Source: Verrucomicrobiia bacterium (GTDB lineage Bacteria; Verrucomicrobiota; Verrucomicrobiia; Limisphaerales; UBA1319). From it: a DNA stretch of 64,000 bases. Where the stretch lies: contig OY760937.1 in the NCBI GenBank assembly GCA_963664225.1, positions 5,504,001 through 5,568,000 on the forward strand. The letters are read 5' to 3'. A model generated the notes under the pieces. That model saw nothing but the letters and a program-made list of their open reading frames with translations, ran no database searches and was not told the origin of the DNA. Of this stretch, positions 1-10,252 are shown one piece after another; within the stretch, counting starts at the first letter, position 1, and each line of letters opens with the position of its first letter. A program made the position numbers and the translations under genes.

Positions 1-524
1 TGTCGCCCATTCAGGTGCCCAACGCCACTTGGTGGGAATTGGAACGGCGGCTTTCGCTGATCTATTTAGGCAAATCGCACAATTCCTCCGATGTGCATCG
101 AAAGGTTATTCGCGATCTTGAGAATAGCGGACCGGATTGTCCCAAGATCAATGCCTTGCGCGAGACAGCGGAAAAATCGCGGGACGCATTGTATGCCGGA
201 GATTTTCAGGCAATGGGAAGGGCGATGGTTGAGAATAACGAGGCACAGGGCAATCTACACTCTGAACTCGTAAGCCCTCAAGCCCATCGGGTCATTGAGA
301 TCGCCCGTGCCCATGGGGCCATTGGCTGGAAGGTCAATGGTGCCGGTGGTGATGGAGGATCGCTGACGCTGCTCAATGGGCCTCGATCCGATACCAAAAG
401 GCGGCTGATCAAAGAGGTCGAAGGTGAAAATTCGCTTTTTCAGAATATTCCAGTTTATCTGAGTCGTCATGGATTGAGAACATGGGAAACCTCTTTGGAG
501 GCCAACGGATCCCGTCCATTCTAA
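1..524 (+). CDS. GHMP-family sugar kinase, C-terminal part (heptose-7-phosphate kinase-like); truncated at window start
   Basis: C-terminal GHMP motif GAIGWKVNGAGGDGGSL and the LIYLGKSHNSS segment; the frame runs in from the window edge. Confidence 0.75.
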   Translation, partial: SPIQVPNATWWELERRLSLIYLGKSHNSSDVHRKVIRDLENSGPDCPKINALRETAEKSRDALYAGDFQAMGRAMVENNEAQGNLHSELVSPQAHRVIEIARAHGAIGWKVNGAGGDGGSLTLLNGPRSDTKRRLIKEVEGENSLFQNIPVYLSRHGLRTWETSLEANGSRPF

Positions 525-563
525 ATTCGCCAAAGCCGACGAGGGCAGATGGTCAGGCGCTTA

Positions 564-1805
564 TCAGGTGGCCAATGGGCGACAAAGACGGAATTTCCCG
601 GAGGGTTCGCATGAAATGACATCAGATGCCCGCAATTCTACCCCTCGTGGAGCGTCCAATAAGGACTCGAGTCGGTCCTTAAATTGAGCAAGCGCTTCCT
701 CGGCAGGCGGAATATCCAACGCGGAATAGGTCCAAACGTAGGATCGGGCGCCTGTTTGGTGCAATTGATAGTGGAGAATGCCATCGACAGCGGTCAGACA
801 TTCATCGGCTTGGCGGACGGTGATGCGGTGTCTATGAGTGTCTTGAAGCGCATCCCTGAGGCGTCCGTGCAGTTCGTACCGGCTTTCATTTGCCACAATT
901 GTTCTTCGGGCCAGATCCCCAATATCATAGCGGATCAACGGCATGAAATCGTTGGTCAGAGTGGTAACAACGAGCCGTCCGACTCCCTGATTTCCCGGGG
1001 TGAGTATTTCAAGGTAGGCCGTCGCATGACTGGGGGCCATAAGTCCCGGCTCCAATTCCATGAGAAGGTGACCTGTCTCGGTGGAACCGTAGAGATCGAA
1101 GACAGGAACCTTAAAGATGTTCTCAAGCATGCGACGGTGAACGACGCTTAAATACTCATAGCTGCTCAGGACAAATTTCACGCTCGGCAGTTGGATTCCA
1201 TGTCGCTGGCAATAGCGGGCAAACAGCACACCGTAGACCGGATCGACGTCCAGAAAACCCGGTTGCCATTCCACCACTTCGCGGACCATTCGTTCCAGGG
1301 CCGCTTCGCTCCACAAAAACGGATGACGGGACAGATTGACAAAGAGAGCACCGCCCAGAGTTCTATCCTCGCGAGTGGGAGTACCCGTGTAACATATTTC
1401 GCTGCTGCACATGGGGGAAACGATGGTTACACGGCGGGCACCAGGGGTCAGCGCACGATCCACCCACGGGTTTAGGCGAAGGGCCTTTTGCTCCTGTTCG
1501 TTCCACCAGCCGCGGCCCAAAAGCAGGGGTGTGGCATCTTCGGAAGTTCCTGAGGTGCGCTCCAATTCGACGAGTTCGCGGTCGATTAGATCCTGGAGAT
1601 CCATGTCGCCGCGCAAGAAATTTCGTGGGAATTCCCGACGAATATCCTGTTTGGTGATGAGGGGCAGAGATTGAAAGCACTCCGCAAAACTTACTTCCTC
1701 ACCACGACAGCGCCGACCCTTGGTCAGCTTTTGATAAAGCGGAACTTCTTCAAGCCAGCGGGGGACCTGCTCGGCAACGCGGTTTAATGGGATCGAATCA
1801 ATCAT
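564..1805 (-). CDS. Phenylacetate-CoA ligase (PaaK/CapK)-like adenylate-forming enzyme
   Basis: Motifs LPLITKQDIR, RTSGTS, YGSTETG, MPLIRYDIGD and SGKFR. Start set at ATG 1805 to avoid overlap with the upstream gene. Confidence 0.75.
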   Translation of the reverse strand: MIDSIPLNRVAEQVPRWLEEVPLYQKLTKGRRCRGEEVSFAECFQSLPLITKQDIRREFPRNFLRGDMDLQDLIDRELVELERTSGTSEDATPLLLGRGWWNEQEQKALRLNPWVDRALTPGARRVTIVSPMCSSEICYTGTPTREDRTLGGALFVNLSRHPFLWSEAALERMVREVVEWQPGFLDVDPVYGVLFARYCQRHGIQLPSVKFVLSSYEYLSVVHRRMLENIFKVPVFDLYGSTETGHLLMELEPGLMAPSHATAYLEILTPGNQGVGRLVVTTLTNDFMPLIRYDIGDLARRTIVANESRYELHGRLRDALQDTHRHRITVRQADECLTAVDGILHYQLHQTGARSYVWTYSALDIPPAEEALAQFKDRLESLLDAPRGVELRASDVISCEPSGKFRLCRPLAT

Positions 1806-1867
1806 GCGACAAATGGTGCCCCGATAATGTCCCGGTTTTCTGCGAGAACCTGCACTCGGGCAAAATT

Positions 1868-2317
1868 TCAGGCGATTCCGCCAAATGAGACGTAGTCGTC
1901 CAAGTCCAACATTTCGAACCAAGTGGAGACATCTTCGCGTTTGGAACCAATCTTGAGGAGCACTTCCTGGAAAAACTCCCGAGATTCACAATCTGCGGGC
2001 GCCCGGTGTTCCTGAAACGAAGACCAGGTAGCAACTTGCCACGGAGCAGGTTTGTTTTTCGAATTGGCGGTAATCCATTCCAGAATTTCCCCATCGCCTT
2101 TTCCTGCGGCCAGTTGTTCCTTCAGGGCCGCGGGATCGATCCCGGCAAAGGCCAGGAATTGCTGATCCATGGGGCACGCGTAATTGTATTCGCCATTCTT
2201 TCCAGCGATAACCGCCCTGCCTTTATCCAAGACCCGGGGCAGAATTACAAATCCCCCCAAACGCACCCTTGGGCTGCGAGGAGGCTGCTTGGTCAAATCA
2301 AGAGCCACAAATGCCAT
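1868..2317 (-). CDS. DUF5069-like conserved small protein
   Basis: PPRSPRVRLGGFVILPRVLDKGRA...GEYNYACPMD...WFEMLDLDD pattern, typical of this Verrucomicrobia-enriched family (recognised from memory). Confidence 0.7.
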   Translation of the reverse strand: MAFVALDLTKQPPRSPRVRLGGFVILPRVLDKGRAVIAGKNGEYNYACPMDQQFLAFAGIDPAALKEQLAAGKGDGEILEWITANSKNKPAPWQVATWSSFQEHRAPADCESREFFQEVLLKIGSKREDVSTWFEMLDLDDYVSFGGIA

Positions 2318-2833
2318 ATCCAGACCTTTTATTTCCAATTGTTATTAACCGATGACAATATTGGGTCGGCCAAGCCGACGTTGCCACCCGTAAAATGCAT
2401 CGTTTATCAAGGAAATCAAGCGCACCGTGATTTACGGTTAACGCTGGGATTCAAGTTTTGAGTGCCCAACATGCCTGGCGACGGTTGAAAATCTGGCGGA
2501 AAATTTCTCAAGAAACTGCGGGTTCCAAGGGTTTAATCGGCCCATATGACGGATCCGGCGTTCTCAAATGGTTATTATTGTTGGCTTTTACTCTCCGGTT
2601 TAGATGCCACGTCCGGCAATAATTTGAATCTGGGGACGCGGTCATGAGTCAAAAGGAAGTGAACGACCTCAAGATTCTCAACCGCTTAGGCGGAGCGGAG
2701 CGCCCAAGGCAGGGGCTGACGTTGAATTGAAAAGCCGACCGGTCGGAAACCGATGCGGCGGGGTGGTTTGAATTTCGATGAATTTATAATGCGTGAGCTT
2801 GCCGTGAGACGGGCTTTCGCATAATTATTACGC

Positions 2834-4999
2834 ATGGCAATCAGGTTCGATGTGCTGCGCCATATCTATTTGGTGATATTGTTGCTGGGGTTAAGCGCCT
2901 GCCAGCATGATACAGTCCCATCGAAAACGACCACGACCACAGGCCGCACAGATAATCCTTCCAGCGCGAGCAAGGCGGCTCTTAAAAAGGCTCACGCAGC
3001 GCAGATGGCCAAAGATGCGAAATCCGCCAAGGCGGCCAGAGAAGCGAAGGCGGCCAAAGAAACCGAACTGGCCAGGCAAGCCAAACTTAAGTCCACAACG
3101 GAAGCGAATGCCAAGAAGGCGGCGGATAATGCTGCTGTGAAGAAGGATAACGGCAAATCGTCCATTGCGGGCAGCAAGGTGCCTGTGAGCCCGGATTATG
3201 ACGAGGAATTACGCGCGATCATCGATCTGGCGCGACGCAATAAATGGGAGGAAGCGGAGTCCCGTGCTTCGGCGTTGTATGCGTTGGATCCCAAGGACGT
3301 CTCTGTGCAACGTGTTTATAGCTGGGTGAAGACGGAGGGTCCCAAACGCCGCGAGAAAGCGCTTGAGGATAAAATCCGGAACGTGTCGTCAAAAGAAACC
3401 CGGTTCAATCCAACGCTGGAAAGCATTCTATTGGATAAAAAGAGCAAGGGTTTGCCGCCACGGGGTGATTTGCGGGCGGCGATCGAGCAGATCAAGGCCA
3501 CGCCCTATATTCCTGAAACGTTTGGGAAGACGGTACCCTGGAAAGGGGACATGGAGGATTTCAGCAATAACAAGGGGAAGATGTCCAATCTGCTGAACAA
3601 GGAAATCGAAGTGCATCTGGAGAATGTGACCCTGGAGAACATCATTTTCAACGTAGGCCAGACTGAGGGGATTAACTTTATCGCGGACAAGTCGATTCCC
3701 GCGTTTCAGCAAAAACTCAGCGTGAACATGAAGAACGTGAAACTCTCGGAGTTTCTAAAGTATGTGTCGCGAAATCTTGGTGTGCAGTTTCAGGTGGGCG
3801 GGGATATGATCTGGATCGTGGATGGCAAGGATACGAACAAGGTGCAGCAGGAAACGCGTTTCTATCATTTGCGCAAGGGATTCGTGCTGCCCGCGCAGTT
3901 TGGGTTGTCGGATGCCACAAAAACGACGACTGTGGTGAATAATGTCACCACGGTTTCTGAAGTGCAAAATTTCGAGAATTTCGTGCGTGACGGTGCGTCA
4001 CAAGAACCGTCGATCACGGTGGCCATCCGCAACTTTTGCGAGGGGCTGACTTATTATGTCGATTACGAAAGAAACCTCATTGTGGCCAGCGGCACAGAAG
4101 AGCAGCTAGACGGACTGGAGAAGGTTATCGAGGAGTTCGACAGGCCGGTGCAGCAGGTGCTGATCGAAGCCAGGTTCATCACGGTGACGGAGGGCACGTT
4201 TTTGGAGTTGGGCGCGGCGTGGGAGTCCGGCCGCAGCGCGGTTAGCGCGGCTCGAACGCCAACGGATTACACCGGGTTGGGCACGGGAGCGGGGCTGGGA
4301 TTGGAGGAAACATGGACTGGAGAAGAAATGGTGGGCACCAATAACTGGTTAAGCGTCATGAACGGGAAGAGCCTGACGGCCACACTGACCGCGATCGACC
4401 AAAGCGGTGAAAGCGAGGTGTTAAGCGCGCCCCGCGTGACTGTGATCAACAATTTGCCAGCAACCATCAGCGATGGGAAAATCCAGTATTATTACGAGGA
4501 ATACAAGGTGAGCCAGACTTTTACAGAACAGCGCTCAGCTTCAACTCTTGTTCCTTCAGGCCCACCCACCCAGGTCAATTCCGGGGTTTCGCTTAATGTT
4601 CTGGCCAGTATCGGCGGCGATGGAAAGAGCATCATGCTCGCCCTCAATCCTGAGGTAAATCAGGACGTTCAGATGGTCACGTTTGCGACCGTGAGCGACA
4701 AAAACAGCCAGGGACAAATCTCAAGCACCTTTGACATCAAATTGCCGCAGATGGGCAAGCAAAGTCTGGCCACCCGCGTTATGATCAAATCAGGGCAGAC
4801 GGTGGCCATGGGTGGCGTTCTTCAACGGGAGCAAAAAACTTTTGTGGAGGCAATGCCCATCCTTGGAAATATTCCAATTTTAGGCGCTGCTTTTCGCCGA
4901 CGAACGGAGGTTGATCGTCCCCGGTATTTGCTGGTGTTTGTCACGGCCACCCTTTTGTCAGAGAATGGTGAATTCATTATCAGTTCTGATGCCGAATAA
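2834..4999 (+). CDS. Secretin (GspD/PilQ family), lipoprotein, copy 1
   Basis: Lipobox LLGLSA-C, Ala/Lys-rich linker, STN/N domains, QVLIEARFI, VLSAPRVTVINN, and secretin signature PILGNIPILGAAFRR. Confidence 0.9.
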   Translation: MAIRFDVLRHIYLVILLLGLSACQHDTVPSKTTTTTGRTDNPSSASKAALKKAHAAQMAKDAKSAKAAREAKAAKETELARQAKLKSTTEANAKKAADNAAVKKDNGKSSIAGSKVPVSPDYDEELRAIIDLARRNKWEEAESRASALYALDPKDVSVQRVYSWVKTEGPKRREKALEDKIRNVSSKETRFNPTLESILLDKKSKGLPPRGDLRAAIEQIKATPYIPETFGKTVPWKGDMEDFSNNKGKMSNLLNKEIEVHLENVTLENIIFNVGQTEGINFIADKSIPAFQQKLSVNMKNVKLSEFLKYVSRNLGVQFQVGGDMIWIVDGKDTNKVQQETRFYHLRKGFVLPAQFGLSDATKTTTVVNNVTTVSEVQNFENFVRDGASQEPSITVAIRNFCEGLTYYVDYERNLIVASGTEEQLDGLEKVIEEFDRPVQQVLIEARFITVTEGTFLELGAAWESGRSAVSAARTPTDYTGLGTGAGLGLEETWTGEEMVGTNNWLSVMNGKSLTATLTAIDQSGESEVLSAPRVTVINNLPATISDGKIQYYYEEYKVSQTFTEQRSASTLVPSGPPTQVNSGVSLNVLASIGGDGKSIMLALNPEVNQDVQMVTFATVSDKNSQGQISSTFDIKLPQMGKQSLATRVMIKSGQTVAMGGVLQREQKTFVEAMPILGNIPILGAAFRRRTEVDRPRYLLVFVTATLLSENGEFIISSDAE

Positions 5000-5012
5000 A
5001 ACTTTAAATACC

Positions 5013-7094
5013 ATGGCAGGTTTGCCGAGGTTGTTGTGTCGGCTGGCATTCCTTCTTTTTTTGGCGGGAGTGGTGTCCTGCCAGCACGAGTCGGCGCCCT
5101 CCGGCCGGCCTGGGGTCGCAACGAGCGCGGGAAATCCCCGTCAGTCTCCGCAGGCCAGTCCGTATCAGGCGAAAAAGGCCACCGCCGCGAAAGCCCCCCC
5201 GCGTGGTGATTCGGGAGTTGAGGATGCCGCTGTTGATTCTGCCGGTGCGCCGATGGCAAAACAATCCAGCACAAATAAGGTGGTCCGAAGCAAATCGTCC
5301 GGAAGCTCTGCGGTGAGTTCTGAATACGATGCTGAATTGCGCAGCATCATCGATCTGGCCCGGCGAAACAAATGGGAGGAAGCAGAGTCTCGGATTTCTG
5401 CGTTGTATGCCGCCGATCCAAGGGACAGTTCCGTGGAGCGTGTCTATAATTGGGTCAAGACGGAAGGCCCCAAACGCCGCGAGAAAACGCTTGAGGACAA
5501 GATTAGGAATGTCAATGCCAAGGATTCGCGGTTTAATCCGACCTTGTGGAGCGTGTTGAGCGAGAGCAAGAACAAGGGATTGCCGCCACGCAGCGATCTC
5601 AGGGAGGCCATCGAAAACATCAAAGCCACGCCCTACATACCCGAGGCCTTCGGCAAAACAATTCAAGCCAAAGGACCCGCGGAGGATTCGACTGTGGAGA
5701 AGGGGAAGATGATGGCGATATTAGACAAGGAGATCGAGGTTCATCTGGATAATGTGACTTTGGAAAACATTGTGTTCAACGTAGGCCAGTCTGAAGGCAT
5801 CAACTTTATTGCGGACAAGTCGATTCCCGCATTTCAGCAGAAGCTCAGTGTGAACATGAAGAATGTGAAGCTTTCAGAGTTTCTGAATTATGTGTCCCGC
5901 AACATGGGAGTGCAATTTCAAGTAGGCGGGGATTTGATCTGGATTGTGGATGGCAAGGACACGAACAAAGTGCAATTGGAAACGCGGTTTTATCGGTTGC
6001 GCAAGGGATTGGTCCTGCCGGCTCAATTTGGCATATCCGACGCGACAAAAACCACGGTGACGGCGAACAATGTCAAGACCACGACTGAGGTGCAGAAATA
6101 TGAGAACTTCGTAAGGGATGGCGCTGCGAAAGAGCCTTCGATCGAGAACGCCATCCGCATGTTTTGCGGAGGTTTGAAGTATCAGATCGATTTTGAGCGC
6201 AACGTCATCGCGGCCCGAGGGACTCAACAGCAGTTGGAAGTTTTGGAGAAGATCATCAAGGAATTTGACAAGCCGATCCAACAGGTGCTGATCGAGGCTC
6301 GTTTCATCACGGTTGAAGAGCCGATGTTTTTGCAATTGGGTGTGGCTTGGGAGACGGGGCGAAACAGCGCGAATACTTCGCGCACGGCAAAGGATTACAC
6401 GGGTTTGGCTGAAAATGTTGGTCTTGGCTATCAGGAATCGTGGTATGGCGTGCTGGGCCGGGCATCGTTGAGCGCGACGCTGTCCGCCATCGATCAGAGC
6501 GGTGAAAGCGAGGTGTTGAGCGCACCAAGGGTGACTTTGATAAACAATTTGCCGGCGACCATCAGTGATGGAAAGATCCAGTATTTCTACGAGCAATACA
6601 CTGTCACGCAGCAAATTCTGGCAAATCGTTCGGTTTCCTCCCTGGTGCCCCAAGGCAAGCCCGCGAAGCTGACCTCCGGGGTGACGCTGGATGTGCTGGC
6701 GAGTGTGGGGGGGGACGGACGGAGCGTGATGCTGGCTCTGCGGCCCAAGGTGGCGCAGGATGTCAAATTGATCACCTTTGCGACAATAACGGACCGGGAT
6801 GACAGTGGAAATATTTCGAGCAGTTTCGACATCAAACTTCCGGAGAAGAGTGAGCAATCCCTCGCAACCCGCGTGGTGGTCAAGTCCGGTCAAACGGTTG
6901 TCATGGGAGGCGTGTCACAGCGGGAGCAGAGGACTTTCGTGGAATCGGTTCCTGTATTGGGCAATATTCCAATTCTGGGGGCGGCCTTTCGACGGAGGAC
7001 TGAAATTGATAATCCGCGGTATCTTCTGATATTTGTGACCGCCACTCTTCTGTCGGAAAATGGGGAATACATGGTGAGCGCCGATGCTGAGTAA
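5013..7094 (+). CDS. Secretin (GspD/PilQ family), lipoprotein, copy 2
   Basis: Lipobox-like AGVVS-C after ATG 5013. Same domain order as copy 1 with long identical stretches (EGINFIADKSIPAFQQKLSVNMKNVKLSEFL), and PVLGNIPILGAAFRR. Confidence 0.9.
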   Translation: MAGLPRLLCRLAFLLFLAGVVSCQHESAPSGRPGVATSAGNPRQSPQASPYQAKKATAAKAPPRGDSGVEDAAVDSAGAPMAKQSSTNKVVRSKSSGSSAVSSEYDAELRSIIDLARRNKWEEAESRISALYAADPRDSSVERVYNWVKTEGPKRREKTLEDKIRNVNAKDSRFNPTLWSVLSESKNKGLPPRSDLREAIENIKATPYIPEAFGKTIQAKGPAEDSTVEKGKMMAILDKEIEVHLDNVTLENIVFNVGQSEGINFIADKSIPAFQQKLSVNMKNVKLSEFLNYVSRNMGVQFQVGGDLIWIVDGKDTNKVQLETRFYRLRKGLVLPAQFGISDATKTTVTANNVKTTTEVQKYENFVRDGAAKEPSIENAIRMFCGGLKYQIDFERNVIAARGTQQQLEVLEKIIKEFDKPIQQVLIEARFITVEEPMFLQLGVAWETGRNSANTSRTAKDYTGLAENVGLGYQESWYGVLGRASLSATLSAIDQSGESEVLSAPRVTLINNLPATISDGKIQYFYEQYTVTQQILANRSVSSLVPQGKPAKLTSGVTLDVLASVGGDGRSVMLALRPKVAQDVKLITFATITDRDDSGNISSSFDIKLPEKSEQSLATRVVVKSGQTVVMGGVSQREQRTFVESVPVLGNIPILGAAFRRRTEIDNPRYLLIFVTATLLSENGEYMVSADAE

Positions 7095-8868
7095 ATTCCA
7101 GATGCCAATCAAAACGATTATCCGGCAGCAAGTTTCCGACCTGTTGAACCGGCGTGTTATCGCGGTGGATTTGGGCAGCAGTCGGATCAAGGTGGTGCTG
7201 GCAGAGAAATCGAAGCTGGGGATTTGCTTTCTGGAATATCGCTTGATCGATTTGCAGGCCGAGGGGTTGCTGTCGCTGGAAGAAATCAACAAGCACATCC
7301 AGGAGGTGGTCGATGATCTGGGCAACATGCCTGTGGCGCTGGCCCTTCCTCAGCACCTCACCCAGTCGCATTTGATCGAGCTGCCCAACGCAAGTTCCGA
7401 CGAGATAAAGGAAATGGTTGCACGCGAAACCATCAGCTTAAGCGGCCTCTCCGACAGCGCGATTGTCTATGATTATCACGCGCTGGAACCCTGGGGCCGC
7501 CATCGTAACTCCTTCTGGGTCACCATAGCGAGGGAGCAGGAAATTAATGGGCAATTGAACCGGCTTTTGACGGCGAACGTCGAACGCAGCTATGTGGAGG
7601 TGACCTCAGCGGCCAACTCATTGATTGTGGCCTATCTGTCGGAGCATCATCCCGAGGGCCGGGTGGTGCTCGCGGACATTGGAGCGACGAGCACCGTGGT
7701 GGCCGTGATTGAGGCGGGGCAGGGGGTTTTCGCAACCAGTTTTCCGGTGGGAGGCGAGTCCTTTACCAACGCCATTTCCGCTTTGAGCAAGGGATCATTT
7801 GAGGAAGCGGAGATGATTAAGCGGACGCGAGATATATTCGCGGGGAAAGACCGCTTGAGCGGATTTCATCCCGTGGTGGATTTCTGGCAGCAGGAGTTGG
7901 AAAAGATCATCGGTGAGTGGCTTGAAGATAATGTGGATATCCGTTTGGACAGGCGAAGTCTGGCTGTAGTGCTGGCAGGAGGTGCGGTGTATCAACCTGG
8001 CCTGGTCCCCTACCTGCGGAGCCGGTCGTCCTATGAATATGAATTGTGGCCCAGCGGGGCTGAGACCCCGGGAACGGATTTACCCGGGGGTTGTTTTGCC
8101 ATTGCCACCGGCCTGGCTTATCAAGCCCTGAGTGAGGATGTCTATGAATGTTCATTATTGCCTGGCTACTTAAGAAAAATAAGAAAGCGCCAGGGATATT
8201 TGATGAAGGCGAATTGGATTGCCTTGTGGCTGATCGCCTTTTTATTCGTTCTGCTTCTGGGTGGCAGCGCGTACAAGGGCTATTTGAAGCATCACAAAAC
8301 CGACATGGTCGGGAATACAGAGATCACCTACAAAAAAGCGCTCTCTGTCGAGGGACTCATCATCCAGAAGGAATTGGACTACGCGAAAATTCTTCCCCTG
8401 GTGGAAAAACAGAAGAGGACCCGGAACGCGTTGGAGACACTGCTTGTGTTGCAGCAGGTAAGGGAGCGCAGAGATCTTTGGTTTGTGCTGGTTGCCGATG
8501 CGGGCAGTTACGAAGACGGCGCAACGTGGCGCGTGGTGGATACCAATGCAATTGCCGATGTGGTCGTGCCGACCAATGTCGCGGTGCTCCCCGAAGGATT
8601 CGTCGCGGAGCTGTCGATATCGGATAAAGCGGCGGACAAATTGAAGGAGTTGGGAGGGCTGGTTGGGGAATTGAAAAAGGTGCCGCTCTTCAGTAATGTG
8701 GATGTGCTGGCGTCCAATCAGCGGAATACGAATATTCTGGACGCGAAAGTGGTTGCGCCTGACCGGTATTATTCGCTGGCGCTGGTTCTGGCAGAGCCTG
8801 AAGCCCCTGCGCCGATGCTACGATCAACTGTGAAAACAAACGCCGTTGGCGGCCAAAAAACCAAGTAG
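7084..8868 (+). CDS. PilM-like actin-fold protein fused to a PilN-like TM/periplasmic domain (GspL-like architecture)
   Basis: IAVDLGSSRIKVV, LADIGATST, VVLAGGAV and FAIATGLAYQAL (PilM/FtsA motifs), then a PilN-like SLLP motif, one TM helix and a periplasmic domain. Confidence 0.8.
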   Translation: MLSKFQMPIKTIIRQQVSDLLNRRVIAVDLGSSRIKVVLAEKSKLGICFLEYRLIDLQAEGLLSLEEINKHIQEVVDDLGNMPVALALPQHLTQSHLIELPNASSDEIKEMVARETISLSGLSDSAIVYDYHALEPWGRHRNSFWVTIAREQEINGQLNRLLTANVERSYVEVTSAANSLIVAYLSEHHPEGRVVLADIGATSTVVAVIEAGQGVFATSFPVGGESFTNAISALSKGSFEEAEMIKRTRDIFAGKDRLSGFHPVVDFWQQELEKIIGEWLEDNVDIRLDRRSLAVVLAGGAVYQPGLVPYLRSRSSYEYELWPSGAETPGTDLPGGCFAIATGLAYQALSEDVYECSLLPGYLRKIRKRQGYLMKANWIALWLIAFLFVLLLGGSAYKGYLKHHKTDMVGNTEITYKKALSVEGLIIQKELDYAKILPLVEKQKRTRNALETLLVLQQVRERRDLWFVLVADAGSYEDGATWRVVDTNAIADVVVPTNVAVLPEGFVAELSISDKAADKLKELGGLVGELKKVPLFSNVDVLASNQRNTNILDAKVVAPDRYYSLALVLAEPEAPAPMLRSTVKTNAVGGQKTK

Positions 8869-8876
8869 GCTGACAC

Positions 8877-9704
8877 ATGTATCCATCCAGAATAGTTTTT
8901 CGATTTCAGTTGGCGCTGGCCTTGGCCAGCGCGGTTCTGGGGGCTTTGTTTTTTCTGTTTTTTTATCCCCTGGCGCGGCAGGTGGCCGGGTTGGACCCGA
9001 TATTGACGACGACCTGGGATCGGATTTTTGAAATCAACCTGCGCAACAAAGCCAAGCTGGGGATGGATTTGCGCACGATGACGAAGAGCCTGGATCTGGC
9101 GGAAAAGTCGGTGCAGGCGGTTCATGGCGCCTCCCAAAACATCAAGGATCGGATTGAATTGGAGCCGGACATCCGGGATTGGATGGCGCAGCCGTTTCAA
9201 TTAATCGATTACGATCAACGCCGTCTGCAATTGATCGCGGATTTGCAGCGGACAGCCGCGGCCGCTGGCACGAAAGTGAATCCGTCCGTGATAAAAGGTT
9301 TTCCCGAGTATTTAAAGGGAAAGGAAAATCCGGGGTTTTTGTGGGCGCAATTGTCATTGTATCATCAAGCGGTCTCAGCGGCTGTGGCGCAGCGACCCAG
9401 TGTGATTCGTTCGGCCATGGTGCTGCCAGTGGTGTTTCATGCGGGAGTCGGGGAAAGCAAAGCCGGCTGGGCGGAAATCCCGATTCGTCTTGAGCTAAAC
9501 GGAAGCATGGAGGCGGCTTACAAGGTGCTTTTGAGTGTACCGTTGCGGGGCGGAGAAATGCAGACCAATGGCCTTGGGGAATGCAACGCAGCCAAACCGG
9601 CGATGTTCATCAATAAATTTGTCATCAATGCCACGACCAATGGGAGCGAAGTGGAATTGGACGCCATCGTGAGTGGGTTTGTGGGGCAAGAGCAGTTGCC
9701 TTGA
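8877..9704 (+). CDS. PilO/GspM-like bitopic membrane protein
   Basis: N-terminal TM helix, coiled coil, EIPIRLELNGS-type ferredoxin-like segment; lies directly after the PilMN-like gene. Confidence 0.6.
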   Translation: MYPSRIVFRFQLALALASAVLGALFFLFFYPLARQVAGLDPILTTTWDRIFEINLRNKAKLGMDLRTMTKSLDLAEKSVQAVHGASQNIKDRIELEPDIRDWMAQPFQLIDYDQRRLQLIADLQRTAAAAGTKVNPSVIKGFPEYLKGKENPGFLWAQLSLYHQAVSAAVAQRPSVIRSAMVLPVVFHAGVGESKAGWAEIPIRLELNGSMEAAYKVLLSVPLRGGEMQTNGLGECNAAKPAMFINKFVINATTNGSEVELDAIVSGFVGQEQLP

Positions 9705-9737
9705 ATCTGTCAACAATCATAGATACGGTTACAATTC

Positions 9738-10250
9738 ATGTTAGGAACATATGATAAGCGGTCGATGCTTTCCGCGCTTCTTCTGGCGTGGCTGGCCTTT
9801 CTCGCCTACCAGATTGTTCGCAATCTGGATGGCGGGATGCCACAGCAGCCGACATTATCGTCTTTCCAGCCCATTGGGACGACGGTGGATCGCGGGCAAC
9901 AGATTGAGGAAACCTTTTCAACGGGTTTTTACAGAGAATTCAAACCGGCTCGCAACATGAGTAATCCGTTTTATTCGATCCCTTTTGTTCCGCCGCCACC
10001 GCCGGATCCGCCCACCACGAAGCTTGTGGAGTTACTTTACCAGGGATATTTCGCGAGCAGCCAGGGTGAAAAGAAGGCGTATGTGCTGGTCGGAGACCAA
10101 TTAATCATTGGCACGACAGGTTCGAAGGTTGTCGGTCAATATTCGATGGGAGGAATTTCTCCCGGGGCCTTGATGTTAAGAGATGGCGCAGGCAATGAAT
10201 TCATGGTGAACTTCAACGCCAAGACGCAGGTGGTTGTTCCTATACGCTGA
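9738..10250 (+). CDS. PilP/GspC-like membrane-anchored protein
   Basis: N-terminal TM helix, NPF motif followed by poly-Pro, C-terminal beta domain; operon position. Confidence 0.5.
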   Translation: MLGTYDKRSMLSALLLAWLAFLAYQIVRNLDGGMPQQPTLSSFQPIGTTVDRGQQIEETFSTGFYREFKPARNMSNPFYSIPFVPPPPPDPPTTKLVELLYQGYFASSQGEKKAYVLVGDQLIIGTTGSKVVGQYSMGGISPGALMLRDGAGNEFMVNFNAKTQVVVPIR

Positions 10251-10252
10251 GT

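Noticed and set aside
2340..2833. ncRNA/riboswitch or operator in the ~490-bp divergent intergenic region (palindrome ccgaccggtcgg at 2735-2746)
   Set aside because: No recognisable RNA family motif, and a single 12-bp GC-rich palindrome is insufficient evidence.
4911..5012. Longer start for secretin copy 2
   Set aside because: It overlaps copy 1; the signal peptide and lipobox fit ATG 5013.
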